DNA of 64,000 bases from Bacteroidales bacterium (GTDB lineage: Bacteria > Bacteroidota > Bacteroidia > Bacteroidales > WCHB1-69). The stretch lies in the NCBI GenBank assembly GCA_038210985.1, contig JBBQWB010000005.1:19-64018 (forward strand), in the 5' to 3' direction. This document shows positions 1 to 11,500 of the stretch, one piece after another (position 1 is the first letter of the stretch; the number at the start of each line of letters is the position of its first letter). A program made the position numbers and the translations under genes. Under the pieces are notes generated by a model that was given only the letters and a program-made list of their open reading frames with translations, was not told the origin of the DNA and ran no database searches.

Positions 1-1667
1 GTTGACCAAATAAATGTATATGGAGGGGTAGCATTTATGGCAGTGGCTATTAATGCACCAGAAGTATCTCCATAGCAAAATACGGTTGTTCCCGAAAGAA
101 CTACTTCCATTGGTAAATTAGGAGTGATAGTTATGGGGTCAATTAAAGTGTCGAAATTTCCTGCAAGTTGAGGAAACATATCGCCTGGGATATTTGGCTG
201 GAATCCACTTAACTGCCATGTGTGATTATACCATGTCATGGGTAAATATCCAAGTGGAATGGTAATATTTATAAGCGGTCCAATGGTAAAACTTAAATCC
301 ATTTCTGGAATTTGAATTTCGGGCATTTCAACAGCTGGTTGACAGAAAGTAGTATTTTGGGTTTGATTTTCAACAGGTACTTCGATGCATAATTCGGGGA
401 TGGAAGGAGCCATCATAAATGGGAAAGAAGGTAGGTTTAGGGTAAAAGTAAATGCTTCAATAATAAGTGCAAAGGTAATGCTATCCCATGTGTGATTTGT
501 AAAATCATTTGTCATAATATGAGCTAAGCTCAAATCCATACTAGGATAACCATTGCAAGGATATTTGAAATTCAAATTGTTATCAACCTCAAAAAATATA
601 GTACTAGCAAATCCATTCCTCACCACTTCATCGGCATTAGCAGGATTTGTTTCGGTGTATTCAACAGCTATTGGAAATGTTACTTTTGTCCAAATAGTAG
701 GATCGAATTTTAAATCTTGGACTAAAAAGTTTTTAACTCTAAAAGTAAGGTCTAAGAGGTCGTAATCTACGGTGAAACCACTACCTAAATCTATGGTGCC
801 CTGAAGTGCACTAAGAATTTCATATACGGATGAACCAGGTCCTGAAACTGCCATTAAAAACTGAATAATATCCAATTCAAGTGTCATATATGCACTGTCG
901 CCATGAGCATATAAAGTTTTTGAAGGTAAATCAAGATATGCAGTTGTTTCTACATAAGGAATTGAAATATTTCCACTAAGTCCAATTCCTGCTAAATTGT
1001 CAAAAACGATAGGTAAAACTTGCGATTCGCAAATTTGAAATTGATTATTTACCAAACATGGATAATGTGCTATACCAGTATATGTATTAATGTCGATAAT
1101 ATTTATAGATTCGGCAGGAATTTGATAATCCATAATATTGATGTCCCAACAGTCGAAAAAGCAGATATGAGCAGTTGCATCCACTCCAAATCCAAAATCA
1201 AATCCAAATTCAAATATTCCTTCTTCAGGAAATTTTGAATTCAACATCCAATCGTCTAATACTTCGTAATTTGAATGAATAGTTACAATATCTCCTTGAT
1301 TAAATTGTTGGTCATCTGGAAATTCAAGTTCAACACGAACAGGATATTGAACATCTATTTCGCCGCCATTAAAACCATTATATGCAATATGAGACGCAAA
1401 AAGCAACCACCAGTCGATGGTTATTAATGCACCAAACTGACCGCCAAAAACACTTTCAATAGAACCTAAACTATTTTGACCTGATTGATAAATATTGAAT
1501 AAATCAAAATTAAAATCGAACGTAAACCCTGCACCTTCATCCCACATGTTTTGTTGATAGGTGCGGTAAAACATTTCGTTCGTAACAACTTGTTGTGCAG
1601 ATACTGATTGAACAGTAAGGCTAATAAAAACAACAAGAAAAAAATGCAGAAAGTATCGTTTAATCAT
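1..1667 (-). CDS. Secreted hypothetical protein, N-terminal part (gene runs off the left edge); SprB-repeat-like segment at the window edge
   Basis: Not in the ORF track because there is no stop in the window. Read by hand: the minus-strand ATG at 1667-1665 gives MIKRYFLHFFLVVFISLTVQSVSAQQVVTNEMFYRTYQQNMWDEGAGFTFDFNFDLFNIYQSGQNSLG... (signal peptide). I hand-translated both ends of the stretch. The edge residues ...CYGDTSGALIATAINATPPYTFIWST resemble the SprB repeats of the 47900-52870 gene. The track lists no complete minus-strand ORF in 1-1667, which fits one open frame. Confidence 0.6.
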   Translation of the reverse strand, partial: MIKRYFLHFFLVVFISLTVQSVSAQQVVTNEMFYRTYQQNMWDEGAGFTFDFNFDLFNIYQSGQNSLGSIESVFGGQFGALITIDWWLLFASHIAYNGFNGGEIDVQYPVRVELEFPDDQQFNQGDIVTIHSNYEVLDDWMLNSKFPEEGIFEFGFDFGFGVDATAHICFFDCWDINIMDYQIPAESINIIDINTYTGIAHYPCLVNNQFQICESQVLPIVFDNLAGIGLSGNISIPYVETTAYLDLPSKTLYAHGDSAYMTLELDIIQFLMAVSGPGSSVYEILSALQGTIDLGSGFTVDYDLLDLTFRVKNFLVQDLKFDPTIWTKVTFPIAVEYTETNPANADEVVRNGFASTIFFEVDNNLNFKYPCNGYPSMDLSLAHIMTNDFTNHTWDSITFALIIEAFTFTLNLPSFPFMMAPSIPELCIEVPVENQTQNTTFCQPAVEMPEIQIPEMDLSFTIGPLINITIPLGYLPMTWYNHTWQLSGFQPNIPGDMFPQLAGNFDTLIDPITITPNLPMEVVLSGTTVFCYGDTSGALIATAINATPPYTFIWS

Positions 1668-1681
1668 TGCAAGATTTTTTT

Positions 1682-2233
1682 TCAGAATTTAACACTTAAT
1701 AAGCTCTTTTTTAAAATTTCAAATACTTCGGATTTTAACTCCACTGGATAAGTTGCCGAAACCCAAATTGTTCTGATGTAATCACCAGTAAATAACATCA
1801 TTCGTTCATATTCTTTACCCTCAATTTGATTTGAAAGAAATACTAAAATACCTTCATGATTATCGTATGTCATCACGTTTTCTTGACCAATGTATGTAAC
1901 ACCTTGTGGCTCTAAAACTTCGGGTGTAATGTTTTTTACTGCCATAAGGTAAACTACTCGTTTCATTTCGGATATTTGAATAAACGAAGAAGATTGAAAA
2001 TTTACAAGGGTAGTGTTGTTTACACGCATAAATTTGCTTGGAGGAGTAAAACTTACGTGAAATGTATCAATCGAAAGCGTTTTTATACCATCATAAACCA
2101 AGGTGTCGAGAGCTGCTTTTGTGCTTTGATTCTCAAAAAATGATTCATCCCCCTTCATGTGAGGGAGAATTTGCGAAAAGGATAAAAAACTAAAATTGAA
2201 AAACAAATAAATGAAGAAAATAGACCTTTTCAT
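1682..2233 (-). CDS. Hypothetical secreted protein
   Basis: 183-aa ORF with an N-terminal signal peptide (MKRSIFFIYLFFNFSFLSFSQ). Its stop lies 14 nt upstream of the next minus-strand start, so the two are probably co-transcribed. No recognisable family motif. Confidence 0.55.
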   Translation of the reverse strand: MKRSIFFIYLFFNFSFLSFSQILPHMKGDESFFENQSTKAALDTLVYDGIKTLSIDTFHVSFTPPSKFMRVNNTTLVNFQSSSFIQISEMKRVVYLMAVKNITPEVLEPQGVTYIGQENVMTYDNHEGILVFLSNQIEGKEYERMMLFTGDYIRTIWVSATYPVELKSEVFEILKKSLLSVKF

Positions 2234-2470
2234 GATTGATTTTTAGAATTTTATTATTTAAAAGCCGATATTTTGAATCCAAAGATACAATAAATTTCAA
2301 GAGTTATGTTAAATAATTAAAAAATATTGTAACATTTTTCAGACGGTTAATTAGCCTCCTTAGTTGCCTGTTAACATTTATTTTTGGTAGAAAAAATAAA
2401 AATTGTTGCTAAAATGTTTTAGTTTTAGTTTTTTTTAATATTTTTACTCCCAATATAAAATAAATTAACC

Positions 2471-3502
2471 ATGAATAAGGACAAGATTTCGTTGAAACAT
2501 ATTTCAGAAAGCTTAGGAGTTTCTAATACATTAGTTTCTTTAGTTCTGAATAATAAAGGGGATATTCATGGAATTAGCAAAGAAACGCAGTTGCGAGTTT
2601 TTAATAAAGCAAAAGAATTAGACTATAAACCTAGCTTTTTAGCCAGAGGACTTCGGACTGGACGTTCATTTACTTTGGGACTAATTGTATCGGATATTTC
2701 AAATCCATTTTATTCAAAGTTGGTTCGTTATATGGAAGATGAAGCCGAGAAAAACAACTTCACTTTTCTAGTTGGTAGCACCGATGAGTCGAATGACAGA
2801 GAAAATAAAATTCTTAGAATGCTATTGGATAGACAAGTTGACGGATTAATTATTTCTTCATCTCAGTCAAATTCTAATTTCATTAATGAATTAAAAAACA
2901 GAAAAATACCATTTGTTTTGATTGATCGATTTTTTGAAGATCAAACGGACATTAATTCAATTTCGGTTGACAATATTAAGGGAACGTATAAAGCCATTGA
3001 GCATTTAGTGGTGAATGGATATAAAAATATTGCCATGTTTGCAATCACTCCAATTTATATTTCTTCTATTCGAGAGCGTATTGACGCTTATTTAAGGTCG
3101 ATTGAAGCATTTGGTTTTAAATATGGAAATGAATTATTATTTGAACTCGATTATTATAATATCAATCAAAGTGTTCAAAGTGCGTTGTATAGTATTTTAA
3201 ATCAAGACGAAAGTCCTGTTGATGCCATTTTTGCTATCAATAACAATGTGGCAATTGCATGTTTAAAAGTGATTAATGAAATGGGCGTTAAAATGCCAGA
3301 ACAACTTGGATTTATTAGTTTTGATGACGTAGATTTATTCGAGCTTACAACTCCCAAAATAACAGCAATTAGTCAACCAATCCAAGCAATTGCTGTTTCG
3401 GCAGTTCAAAAAGTAATAGAACTAATTAATAATCAAAACATTGAATCGGAACACGTTGTTCTTCAAACTAGTTTAATTGTTAGAGGTTCTACCCAAAAAT
3501 AA
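2471..3502 (+). CDS. LacI family transcriptional regulator
   Basis: N-terminal HTH (ISLKHISESLGVSNTLVSLVLNNKG...ETQLRVFNKAKELDYKPSFLARGLRTGRS) followed by a periplasmic-binding-protein-like sugar-binding fold. The length of 343 aa is typical. Confidence 0.9.
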   Translation: MNKDKISLKHISESLGVSNTLVSLVLNNKGDIHGISKETQLRVFNKAKELDYKPSFLARGLRTGRSFTLGLIVSDISNPFYSKLVRYMEDEAEKNNFTFLVGSTDESNDRENKILRMLLDRQVDGLIISSSQSNSNFINELKNRKIPFVLIDRFFEDQTDINSISVDNIKGTYKAIEHLVVNGYKNIAMFAITPIYISSIRERIDAYLRSIEAFGFKYGNELLFELDYYNINQSVQSALYSILNQDESPVDAIFAINNNVAIACLKVINEMGVKMPEQLGFISFDDVDLFELTTPKITAISQPIQAIAVSAVQKVIELINNQNIESEHVVLQTSLIVRGSTQK

Positions 3503-3511
3503 ATTTTTTAT

Positions 3512-4945
3512 ATGTCTAAAACTAATCGAAACTCACAGGCTTTGCTTATGTTGACGACCCTTTTTTTTATGTGGGGGTTTATAACATGTTTAAACGATAT
3601 TTTAATTCCATATTTGAAAAAAATTTTTGAGTTAAACTATTTCCGTGCGATGTTGGTCCAATTTTCATTTTTTGGAGCTTATTTTATTGGTTCACTCATT
3701 TATTTAGTTGTTTCATTTTGGAAAGATCCAATACGTATCATAGGTTATAAAAACAGTATTATTATAGGATTATTAGTTTCAGCTACTGCATGTTTTATGT
3801 TCTATCCTGCATCCAGTTTGCATAGTTACCCGCTTTTTTTAACCGCTTTATTTGTGTTAGGATTGGGATTTACACTTTTGCAAATTACGGCAAATCCTTT
3901 TGTTGCTGTATTAGGTCCTCAAAAATCGGCATCCGCTCGATTAAATCTAGCACAAGGTTTCAACTCTTTAGGAACAACCATTGCTCCAATTATTGGTGGA
4001 TATTTAATCTTTCATTTTTTTAATCAATGGGGAAGTCCTATTTTAAATAATTTAGGCAACCCAATATTAATGAGCGATGGGAACTCACTTTCGGCTGCTA
4101 GTGTTCAGTTGCCCTATGCTTTATTTGCTTCTGTTTTTATTCTTTTAGCCATGGTTTTTTTCTTTACCAAATTGCCAGATATTGACGAAGAAAAAGGTAA
4201 AACCAATGGTTTTGCGGTTTTTAAATATCGTCATTTGCTTTTTGGAATGATTGCCATATTTATGTACGTTGGTTCGGAAGTTTCGGTTGGAAGCATGATA
4301 ATTAATTTTTTGGGCGAAACTCAAAAAATGCCCGAAATGCAAGCAAAATCTTTCTTGGCTTTTTATTGGGGAGGTGCCATGATTGGACGTTTTGCAGGTG
4401 CAATATCCCTTAACGATACGTACTCTCAAATAAAAAAACTATTATTGATGACCCTTCTCTCTTTTACCACATTTGCCTTAATTATTGGAATAGTTTATCT
4501 GGAAAGTGGTGCATCTCTCGAACAGTTTTTACCTTTTATGGTTTTTATGGTTCTTAATCTTTTTATGTTCTTTATTGCTAAATCATCCCCCAGTCGTACA
4601 CTTATGTTCTTCGCAATTACTGCAATTTGCTTATTGTTGATTACCATATTATTTAATTTCTCTTGGGCAATGTGGTGTATAATTTCACTTGGCTTATTTA
4701 ATTCTATAATGTGGTCAAATATTTTTACATTGGCAATAAAAGATTTAGGAAAATACACATCTCAAGGTTCTTCAATACTTATTATGGCAATTCTTGGTGG
4801 AGCAATTTTACCTCTCATTCAGGGTTACCTAGCCGATTCAATTGGAGTGCTATTCTCGTTTATAGTGCCGCTTGTTGGATATATGTATCTAGTTTTTTAC
4901 GGTGCTTATGGTTATAAAGTGAAAATACAAAAATATGAATCTTAA
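3512..4945 (+). CDS. MFS sugar transporter, glucose/galactose/fucose (GluP/FucP) family
   Basis: The N-terminal signature LFFMWGFITCLNDILIPYLKKIF is typical of the FucP/GluP subfamily. About 12 hydrophobic segments. Located 9 nt after the LacI stop. Confidence 0.9.
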   Translation: MSKTNRNSQALLMLTTLFFMWGFITCLNDILIPYLKKIFELNYFRAMLVQFSFFGAYFIGSLIYLVVSFWKDPIRIIGYKNSIIIGLLVSATACFMFYPASSLHSYPLFLTALFVLGLGFTLLQITANPFVAVLGPQKSASARLNLAQGFNSLGTTIAPIIGGYLIFHFFNQWGSPILNNLGNPILMSDGNSLSAASVQLPYALFASVFILLAMVFFFTKLPDIDEEKGKTNGFAVFKYRHLLFGMIAIFMYVGSEVSVGSMIINFLGETQKMPEMQAKSFLAFYWGGAMIGRFAGAISLNDTYSQIKKLLLMTLLSFTTFALIIGIVYLESGASLEQFLPFMVFMVLNLFMFFIAKSSPSRTLMFFAITAICLLLITILFNFSWAMWCIISLGLFNSIMWSNIFTLAIKDLGKYTSQGSSILIMAILGGAILPLIQGYLADSIGVLFSFIVPLVGYMYLVFYGAYGYKVKIQKYES

Positions 4946-5900
4946 TAAAAAACTTGTTGTTGGAATTGACATTGGTGGAACCAATACTGAAATCGGAATT
5001 GTAAATGAAGGTGGAGATATCTTGTTTAAGGAAACAATCTCTTCTAGATGTACTGAAAATTTTGAGGAATTTATACACATTTTAGCTGATAAAATTCTTG
5101 AAATTATTGATAATTTGGGATTTAAAGGGATGGTAAATGGCATTGGATTAGGAGCTCCAAACGGCAATTATTACACTGGAACCGTCGAATTTGCACCAAA
5201 TTTAATTTGGAAAGGTGTTTTACCTTTTGTAGCTGCACTTAAAAAAGCAAGCTCTTTAAATGTTGTGATGACCAATGATGCAAATGCTGCAGCATTTGGC
5301 GAAGGTGTTTATGGAGGAGCAAAAGGGATGAAACATTATGTGGTAATTACCTTAGGGACGGGCTTAGGAAGCGGTATTGTTTGCGATGGAAAACTTCTGT
5401 ATGGCCACGATGGATTTGCTGGTGAATTAGGGCATGTAATTGTTCAAGAAGAGGGAGGACGAAAATGTGGTTGTGGACGATATGGTTGCCTCGAAACCTA
5501 TGTTTCAGCTCCTGGAATTGTAAAAACTGCCATCGAGTTTCTGAATAATTTACAAGACGATAGTGTTTTGCGAAATGTTTCTCCTACCAAAATGACATCT
5601 TTAGACATAGCTGAGGCAGCTCAAAACAATGATAAAATTGCCCAAATGTGCTTCGACTTTACTGCCAAAAAATTGGCTATAGCATTGGCTAATTTGGCTG
5701 CTATTACTAGTCCCGAAGCTATATTCCTTTCGGGTGGACTAGCAAATTCTGGCAATATTCTTTTTAAGCCATTAATTAACTATTACAACCAGTATGTTCT
5801 AGCTATTTTTAAGGGCAAAACTCAAATTTTAGCCTCGCAATTAAAAGATAATAGCACTGGCTTGTTGGGTGCCGCTGCCTTAGCTCAATATGAGCTTTAA
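4935..5900 (+). CDS. ROK family sugar kinase (glucokinase-like)
   Basis: ATP-binding VGIDIGGTNTEIGIV, the ROK signature region, and the Zn-binding motif CGCGRYGCLETY. The start overlaps the transporter stop by 11 nt. Confidence 0.85.
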   Translation: MNLNKKLVVGIDIGGTNTEIGIVNEGGDILFKETISSRCTENFEEFIHILADKILEIIDNLGFKGMVNGIGLGAPNGNYYTGTVEFAPNLIWKGVLPFVAALKKASSLNVVMTNDANAAAFGEGVYGGAKGMKHYVVITLGTGLGSGIVCDGKLLYGHDGFAGELGHVIVQEEGGRKCGCGRYGCLETYVSAPGIVKTAIEFLNNLQDDSVLRNVSPTKMTSLDIAEAAQNNDKIAQMCFDFTAKKLAIALANLAAITSPEAIFLSGGLANSGNILFKPLINYYNQYVLAIFKGKTQILASQLKDNSTGLLGAAALAQYEL

Positions 5901-5939
5901 AACATTGAGAATAAGTTAAAATCTAAATATTATTATTTA

Positions 5940-8474
5940 ATGACAACTTTAAACAAGCTTTTTAAATCTACTGTTTTTCTTAGTTGTTTATTACTTTGTA
6001 ATATAGCTGTTTTTGCTCAAAAAGAAATGATATTCTTCAACCAAAATTGGAAATTCTCGTGCAACGACTCCAATGTATATCGAAATGCGAGCATCCCTGG
6101 TTCCGTTTTTACCGATTTGATGTCGAATAATATTATCGAAAATCCATTTATTAAAGATAATGAGAAAAAAATCGATTGGGTTGCTAACCAAAAATGGACT
6201 TATATTAATATATTTGATGTGGATGTTAAAAAAATATCAAAATATTCAAATATCGAAATTTGGTTTGAAGGGTTGGATACTTATACATCTATTTATTTAA
6301 ACGATTCTTTGATAATCGAATCCAACAACGCTTTTCATCCATGGTTTGCCGATGTAAAATTACTTCTTAAGCCCAAGGAGAACATTTTAAAAATAGTTTT
6401 TCAACCACTAAAGCAGATTTTAGAAGTTGCAGCTGAAAAATATCCATTTAAATTACCCGAAGGAAATCGGTTGTATGCTCGCAAACCTCAATTTCATTTT
6501 GGGTGGGATTTTGCCCCAAGTATTTTAAATATATCTATTTCTAAGCCTGTTTCTTTAAGGTTTTGGAATGGATTTTCGTTCGAAGATGTCTCTTGTGATG
6601 CAAAACCCGAAAACAACAATGGAATTTTGGGCTCACTCTTTTTTATTCGTACAAATAAAGACACATTCATGAAGTTTTCGCTTCAAATTAAAGATATTAA
6701 ATCGGGCAAAATATGGTACGATGATAAAGTTAAAACCTCGATTACCAATTTGCGATCTATCGAAGTTAAAATAGCAGATATTAAAATATGGTCGGTAAAT
6801 AATCCAAATTATTATGATGTTTTATTTACTATTTCACATTCAAAATATGGAAATCAAAGCATTCAAAAAAGGATTGGATTTCGCGATATATTATTAAAAC
6901 GGACAGCAGATTCGGTGGGAACCCAGTTTTTTATCGAATTAAATGGAAATTCTGTTTTTTGTAAAGGTGCAAACTGGGTGCCTGCAGAAGTTTTTCAACA
7001 TAAAAATTCTATCGAAAAATATCGAAAACTTTTAATTTTAGCAAAAGATGCTGGATATAATATGATTCGAGTTTGGGGAGGTGGATATTATGAGGATAAT
7101 TCTTTTTACGAACTTTGCGATAGCTTGGGAATAATGGTTTGGCAGGATTTTATGTTTGCTTGCAGTATGTATCCTTTTAATGAGGAATTTATTTCTTCGG
7201 TAAAAACCGAAGCCGATTTTCAACTTCGGCGCATGAGTAGTCATCCTTCCATTGCATTGTGGTGTGGCAACAACGAAAATACCGAAGGTTGGTTTAATTG
7301 GGGCTGGCAAAAACAATTAGGCTATTCAAAAGCTGACTCTGCCGATATCTGGAATGGCAATTACAACCTTTTTTATGTAAAATTACCTGAATGGTGTAGC
7401 TTTTATAATTTACCCAACAACTATGTGCCTTCATCGCCATTGCTTGGTTGGGGTCGGGATGCAGCATACAAATCGGGCGATATACACTATTGGGGCGTTT
7501 GGTGGGGAAACGAGCCATTTGAAAAATATACCGAAAAAGTTGGTCGATTTGTGAGCGAATATGGATTTCAGTCGTTTCCAGTAAAGTCCACCGTAGAATA
7601 TATGATGCAGGGTTCTTTGGATAGCCTTAAACATCCATATATTGCTCAGCATCAAAAACATGCTCGTGGCCATCAAACCATTGAAGAATATATGAAGCGA
7701 GATTTTTTCATTCCCGATTCTATCGATGATTATCTCTATTTATCCGAATTGCTTCAAAGTGAAGGGGTCGCCAAAGCAATTTTAGCTCATCGTTTAGCAA
7801 TGCCATATTGTATGGGAACTTTGTTTTGGCAATTTAACGACTGTTGGCCCGCTATTTCGTGGTCGGCAGTAGATTATTTTAATCAACCAAAAGCTTTTTA
7901 TTATCAAACCAAACGTTTGTTTAAAGAATTCGCTCCAATTATCATTCATCGAAACGATTCGGTTTTGTTTTACGTGAGCAATTTATCCAATAATACATGG
8001 AATGGAAAAGTTATTATCGGTAGTTTTAATGCAGATTCCAAAAAGTTAAAGTATGATACAATTATTTTAAGTAGTGAGGCAATGCATAATAAAGTAATAA
8101 TATCTTATAAACCCGATAATTTTAAAATTATGGTTTATGGAATGCAAATGATGGATAATACAGGGCTAATTTGTGGACACTTTACACTTTTTGGAAAAAA
8201 TGATATTGCTTATCGTTTTCTAAATCCACAAATAAAAACAGATGTGGTTTTAGGGTGTAATAATCCCGAATTTTCGTTCTGTTATCGAGTTTCATCAAAT
8301 GTTCCAGTGTTTGGATATAAAAATGAAAACCAAAATGGAGCTTTTACCGACAATAGCTTTCATCTTTTTCCAGGTTTTGTATATGAATTTTCCGAAATGA
8401 AAATTAATACTTCGATTACAAAATACTCTAATATTAAGTTTAAATGTCTAAATAATTTAAAATCAGAGAAATAA
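5940..8474 (+). CDS. Glycoside hydrolase family 2, beta-mannosidase-like
   Basis: Signal peptide; FEGLDTYTSIYLND, WQDFMFACSMYP, CGNNENTEGW and FVSEYGFQSFP blocks typical of GH2 beta-mannosidases; 844 aa. Confidence 0.85.
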   Translation: MTTLNKLFKSTVFLSCLLLCNIAVFAQKEMIFFNQNWKFSCNDSNVYRNASIPGSVFTDLMSNNIIENPFIKDNEKKIDWVANQKWTYINIFDVDVKKISKYSNIEIWFEGLDTYTSIYLNDSLIIESNNAFHPWFADVKLLLKPKENILKIVFQPLKQILEVAAEKYPFKLPEGNRLYARKPQFHFGWDFAPSILNISISKPVSLRFWNGFSFEDVSCDAKPENNNGILGSLFFIRTNKDTFMKFSLQIKDIKSGKIWYDDKVKTSITNLRSIEVKIADIKIWSVNNPNYYDVLFTISHSKYGNQSIQKRIGFRDILLKRTADSVGTQFFIELNGNSVFCKGANWVPAEVFQHKNSIEKYRKLLILAKDAGYNMIRVWGGGYYEDNSFYELCDSLGIMVWQDFMFACSMYPFNEEFISSVKTEADFQLRRMSSHPSIALWCGNNENTEGWFNWGWQKQLGYSKADSADIWNGNYNLFYVKLPEWCSFYNLPNNYVPSSPLLGWGRDAAYKSGDIHYWGVWWGNEPFEKYTEKVGRFVSEYGFQSFPVKSTVEYMMQGSLDSLKHPYIAQHQKHARGHQTIEEYMKRDFFIPDSIDDYLYLSELLQSEGVAKAILAHRLAMPYCMGTLFWQFNDCWPAISWSAVDYFNQPKAFYYQTKRLFKEFAPIIIHRNDSVLFYVSNLSNNTWNGKVIIGSFNADSKKLKYDTIILSSEAMHNKVIISYKPDNFKIMVYGMQMMDNTGLICGHFTLFGKNDIAYRFLNPQIKTDVVLGCNNPEFSFCYRVSSNVPVFGYKNENQNGAFTDNSFHLFPGFVYEFSEMKINTSITKYSNIKFKCLNNLKSEK

Positions 8475-8513
8475 ACTTTAATTTATAAACTTTAATTTAT
8501 AAACTTTAATTTA
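8472..8513. repeat. Three perfect tandem copies of the 14-bp unit TAAACTTTAATTTA, bridging the GH2 stop and the GH92 start
   Basis: Copies at 8472-8485, 8486-8499 and 8500-8513 are identical. The first TAA is the GH2 stop codon. The last A is the A of the GH92 ATG (8513-8515). Confidence 0.95.
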
Positions 8514-11500
8514 TGAAAACACCAAGCCGTTTATTTTTAACTAGTTTATTGAATTTCATTTTTTTATTTTTGAGTGCTCAAAAAACAAATTTTACTCAAT
8601 ATGTAAACCCATTTGTTGGTACAGGTGGACACGGACACGCTTATCCAGGAGCTCAGCTTCCATTTGGCTTTATGCAACTTAGCCCCGACACTCGTTTAGA
8701 TGGTTGGGACGGTTGTTCAGCTTATCATTATTCCGATTCGATAATTTATGGATTTTCTCACACACATCTAAGTGGCACAGGTTGTTCCGATTATGGGGAT
8801 ATATTAATAATGCCATCGGTTGGAATTAAAACTCCTGGAAATTATAATTTTGCTTCTAATTTTTCAAAAAAAACCGAAAAAGCTAGCCCTGGATACTATT
8901 CAGTATTGCTCGAAAAACCTAATGTATTGGTTGAACTTACGGCAACAGAGCGTTGTGGAATGCATAAATATACGTTTCCCAAAAAAACAGAAAAATTGGT
9001 ATTTCTCGATTTAAAACATCGCGACGAAGTGTTGGATTCATATATCGAAATAGTTAGCAATACCGAAATTAGGGGAATGCGTCGCTCCAAAGCTTGGGCA
9101 AACGATCAGCATATTTATTTTGTAATTCGATTTTCTAAACCTTTTACCAAAGCTGAAATTTTTAAAGACGATATTATTTGTTCATCTTCCATTTTTGCTC
9201 GTTCGAAAAATGTAAAATCACGATTTATTTTTTCTTCAAAATTAAGAGAACCTCTTTACCTGAAAATTGGAATCTCGGGAGTAGATACATTAGGAGCTCG
9301 CTTAAATTTAGACAAAGAAATGCCAAATTGGGATTTCGAGAAAATAGAACAACAAGCCAATGAAAAATGGAATAAAGAATTGTCTAAAATTGAAGTGGAA
9401 GGTGGAACGGATGAGCAAATGAGGGTGTTTTATTCGGCTTTGTATCATGCATTTTTGTCACCAAATGTGTTTAACGATGTTGATGGTAGATACAGAGGAC
9501 GAGATAATGAAATATACATTGCCAAAGGCTGGAATTATTATACCGTTTTTTCATTGTGGGATACTTACCGAACATTACATCCTCTTTTAACGCTAATTGA
9601 CCCAGCAAGAACACTCGATTTTATTAAAACATTTTTAGCTCAATATGAACAGTCGGGATTATTGCCAATGTGGGAATTGTCGGCTAACGAAACCGATTGC
9701 ATGATTGGATACCACGCCGTTCCGGTTATTTTTGATGCTTGGAGTAAAGGAATTAAAGACTTTGATATAAATAAGGCATACGAAGCCATGAAAGCTTCGG
9801 CAATGCAAAAAAGATTGGGAATAAGCGAAATGGATATATTGGGTTATATTCCTTCGGATTTGGAGCACGAATCCGTTTCAAAAACTTTAGAATATGCATT
9901 TGATGATTGGTGTATTGCTCAAGTTGCTAAGTCTTTAGGAAACGATGTCGATTATCAATATTTTATAAATCGGGCACAGGCTTACAAACAAGTTTTTGAT
10001 AAAAATAGTGGATTTATGCGTCCACGTTTTAATGGAGGCTGGATGAGTCCATTTGACCCAACCGAAGTAAATAATAATTATACCGAAGCAAATTCTTGGC
10101 AATATTCGTTTTATGTTCCTCATGATATCGGGACATTTATTCAGTTAATGGGCGGAAATAAAGATTTTGAAGCCAAACTCGATGCCTTGTTTGAAGCTAA
10201 AGAATCGCTTAGCGGACGGGGTCAAGTGGATATCACTGGATTAATTGGTCAATATGCTCACGGAAACGAACCCAGTCACCACATTGCGTATTTATACAAT
10301 TTTGTGGGAGCTCCCGAAAAAACACAGTTTTACGTTCGTAAAATTATGAACGATTTTTATACGTCAAAACCCGATGGACTTTGCGGAAACGAAGATTGCG
10401 GGCAAATGTCGGCATGGTTGGTAATGAGTGCAATGGGATTTTATCCAGTAACACCTGGCGTAAATTATTATTGCATTGGTTCGCCTTGGTTTAAAAAAGT
10501 AAAAATAAACTTGCCAAGTGGAAAGGTTTTCACGATAGATGCACCAAATAATTCGGAATCAAATATTTACATTAAATCTGCAAAAGTTAATGGCGTTGTA
10601 AATTTGTCTTCTTTTCTGTTATTTGAGGATATTGAAAAGGGTAGCACTTTGTATTTGGAAATGACAGATAAAAAGGGCTCAAATTTTGGCAAACAAATCG
10701 AACACATTCCTACTACCAAAATTTTAGGTGAATTATTTTGGGTAAGTCCAATTATTAATGCTGCTTCTCGAACATTTGTCGATAGCATTTTAGTGGACAT
10801 TACAAATCCAAACCAAGATGGAAAATCGCTTATTTATTATTCTACCAACGATTCAAATAAATTGGAAATGATAGAGGAGAAATCTGCATTTCCCAAGTCA
10901 AATATTTATTACACCATAGATGGAACCATTCCTAATCGAGAATCTAAAATTGCAACAAAAGTATTTTATATTCATTCAACTACTGAAATTAAATCCATAA
11001 TAATTGCCGATAATGGCAAACAAAGTTTAATTACGGAAGCAAAATTTTATTTACTACCTAAAAACGTAAGTGTAAAATTAACATATCCTTTCAATCCGCA
11101 ATATAATGCAGGTGGAGCCGAAGGTTTGGTGGATGGAATTCGCGGAACCACAAATTGGAGATTGGGAAATTGGCAGGGATATCAAGAGGCAGACTTTGAA
11201 GTAGTAATAGATTATGGTAGCGATAAAATGATTAAAACCATTGGTGCTGGTTTTTTACAAGATGCGAAATCGTGGATTTGGATGCCAACAGAAGTTGAGT
11301 ATTATACTTCTAAGGATGGTAAAACTTTTGATTTTGCCGGAAAAATTAATAATGAAATTGCTCAAGATGATTTTGAAATACAAACGCTCGATTTTCAATT
11401 CAATCTAGAAAAGCAAACTTCTGCTAGGTTTATTAAAGTAAAGGCTAAAAATATCGGAAATATTTCTAACTGGCATCCTGGTTTTGGTTTTAGAGGGTTT

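Noticed and set aside
2328-2379. Candidate LacI operator: direct repeats TGTAACATTT (2328-2337) and TGTTAACATTT (2369-2379), the latter containing the 8-bp palindrome TGTTAACA.
   Set aside because: The repeats are too short and AT-rich to distinguish from background, and they do not form the 14-20-bp palindrome typical of LacI-family operators. They are mentioned only as a test target.
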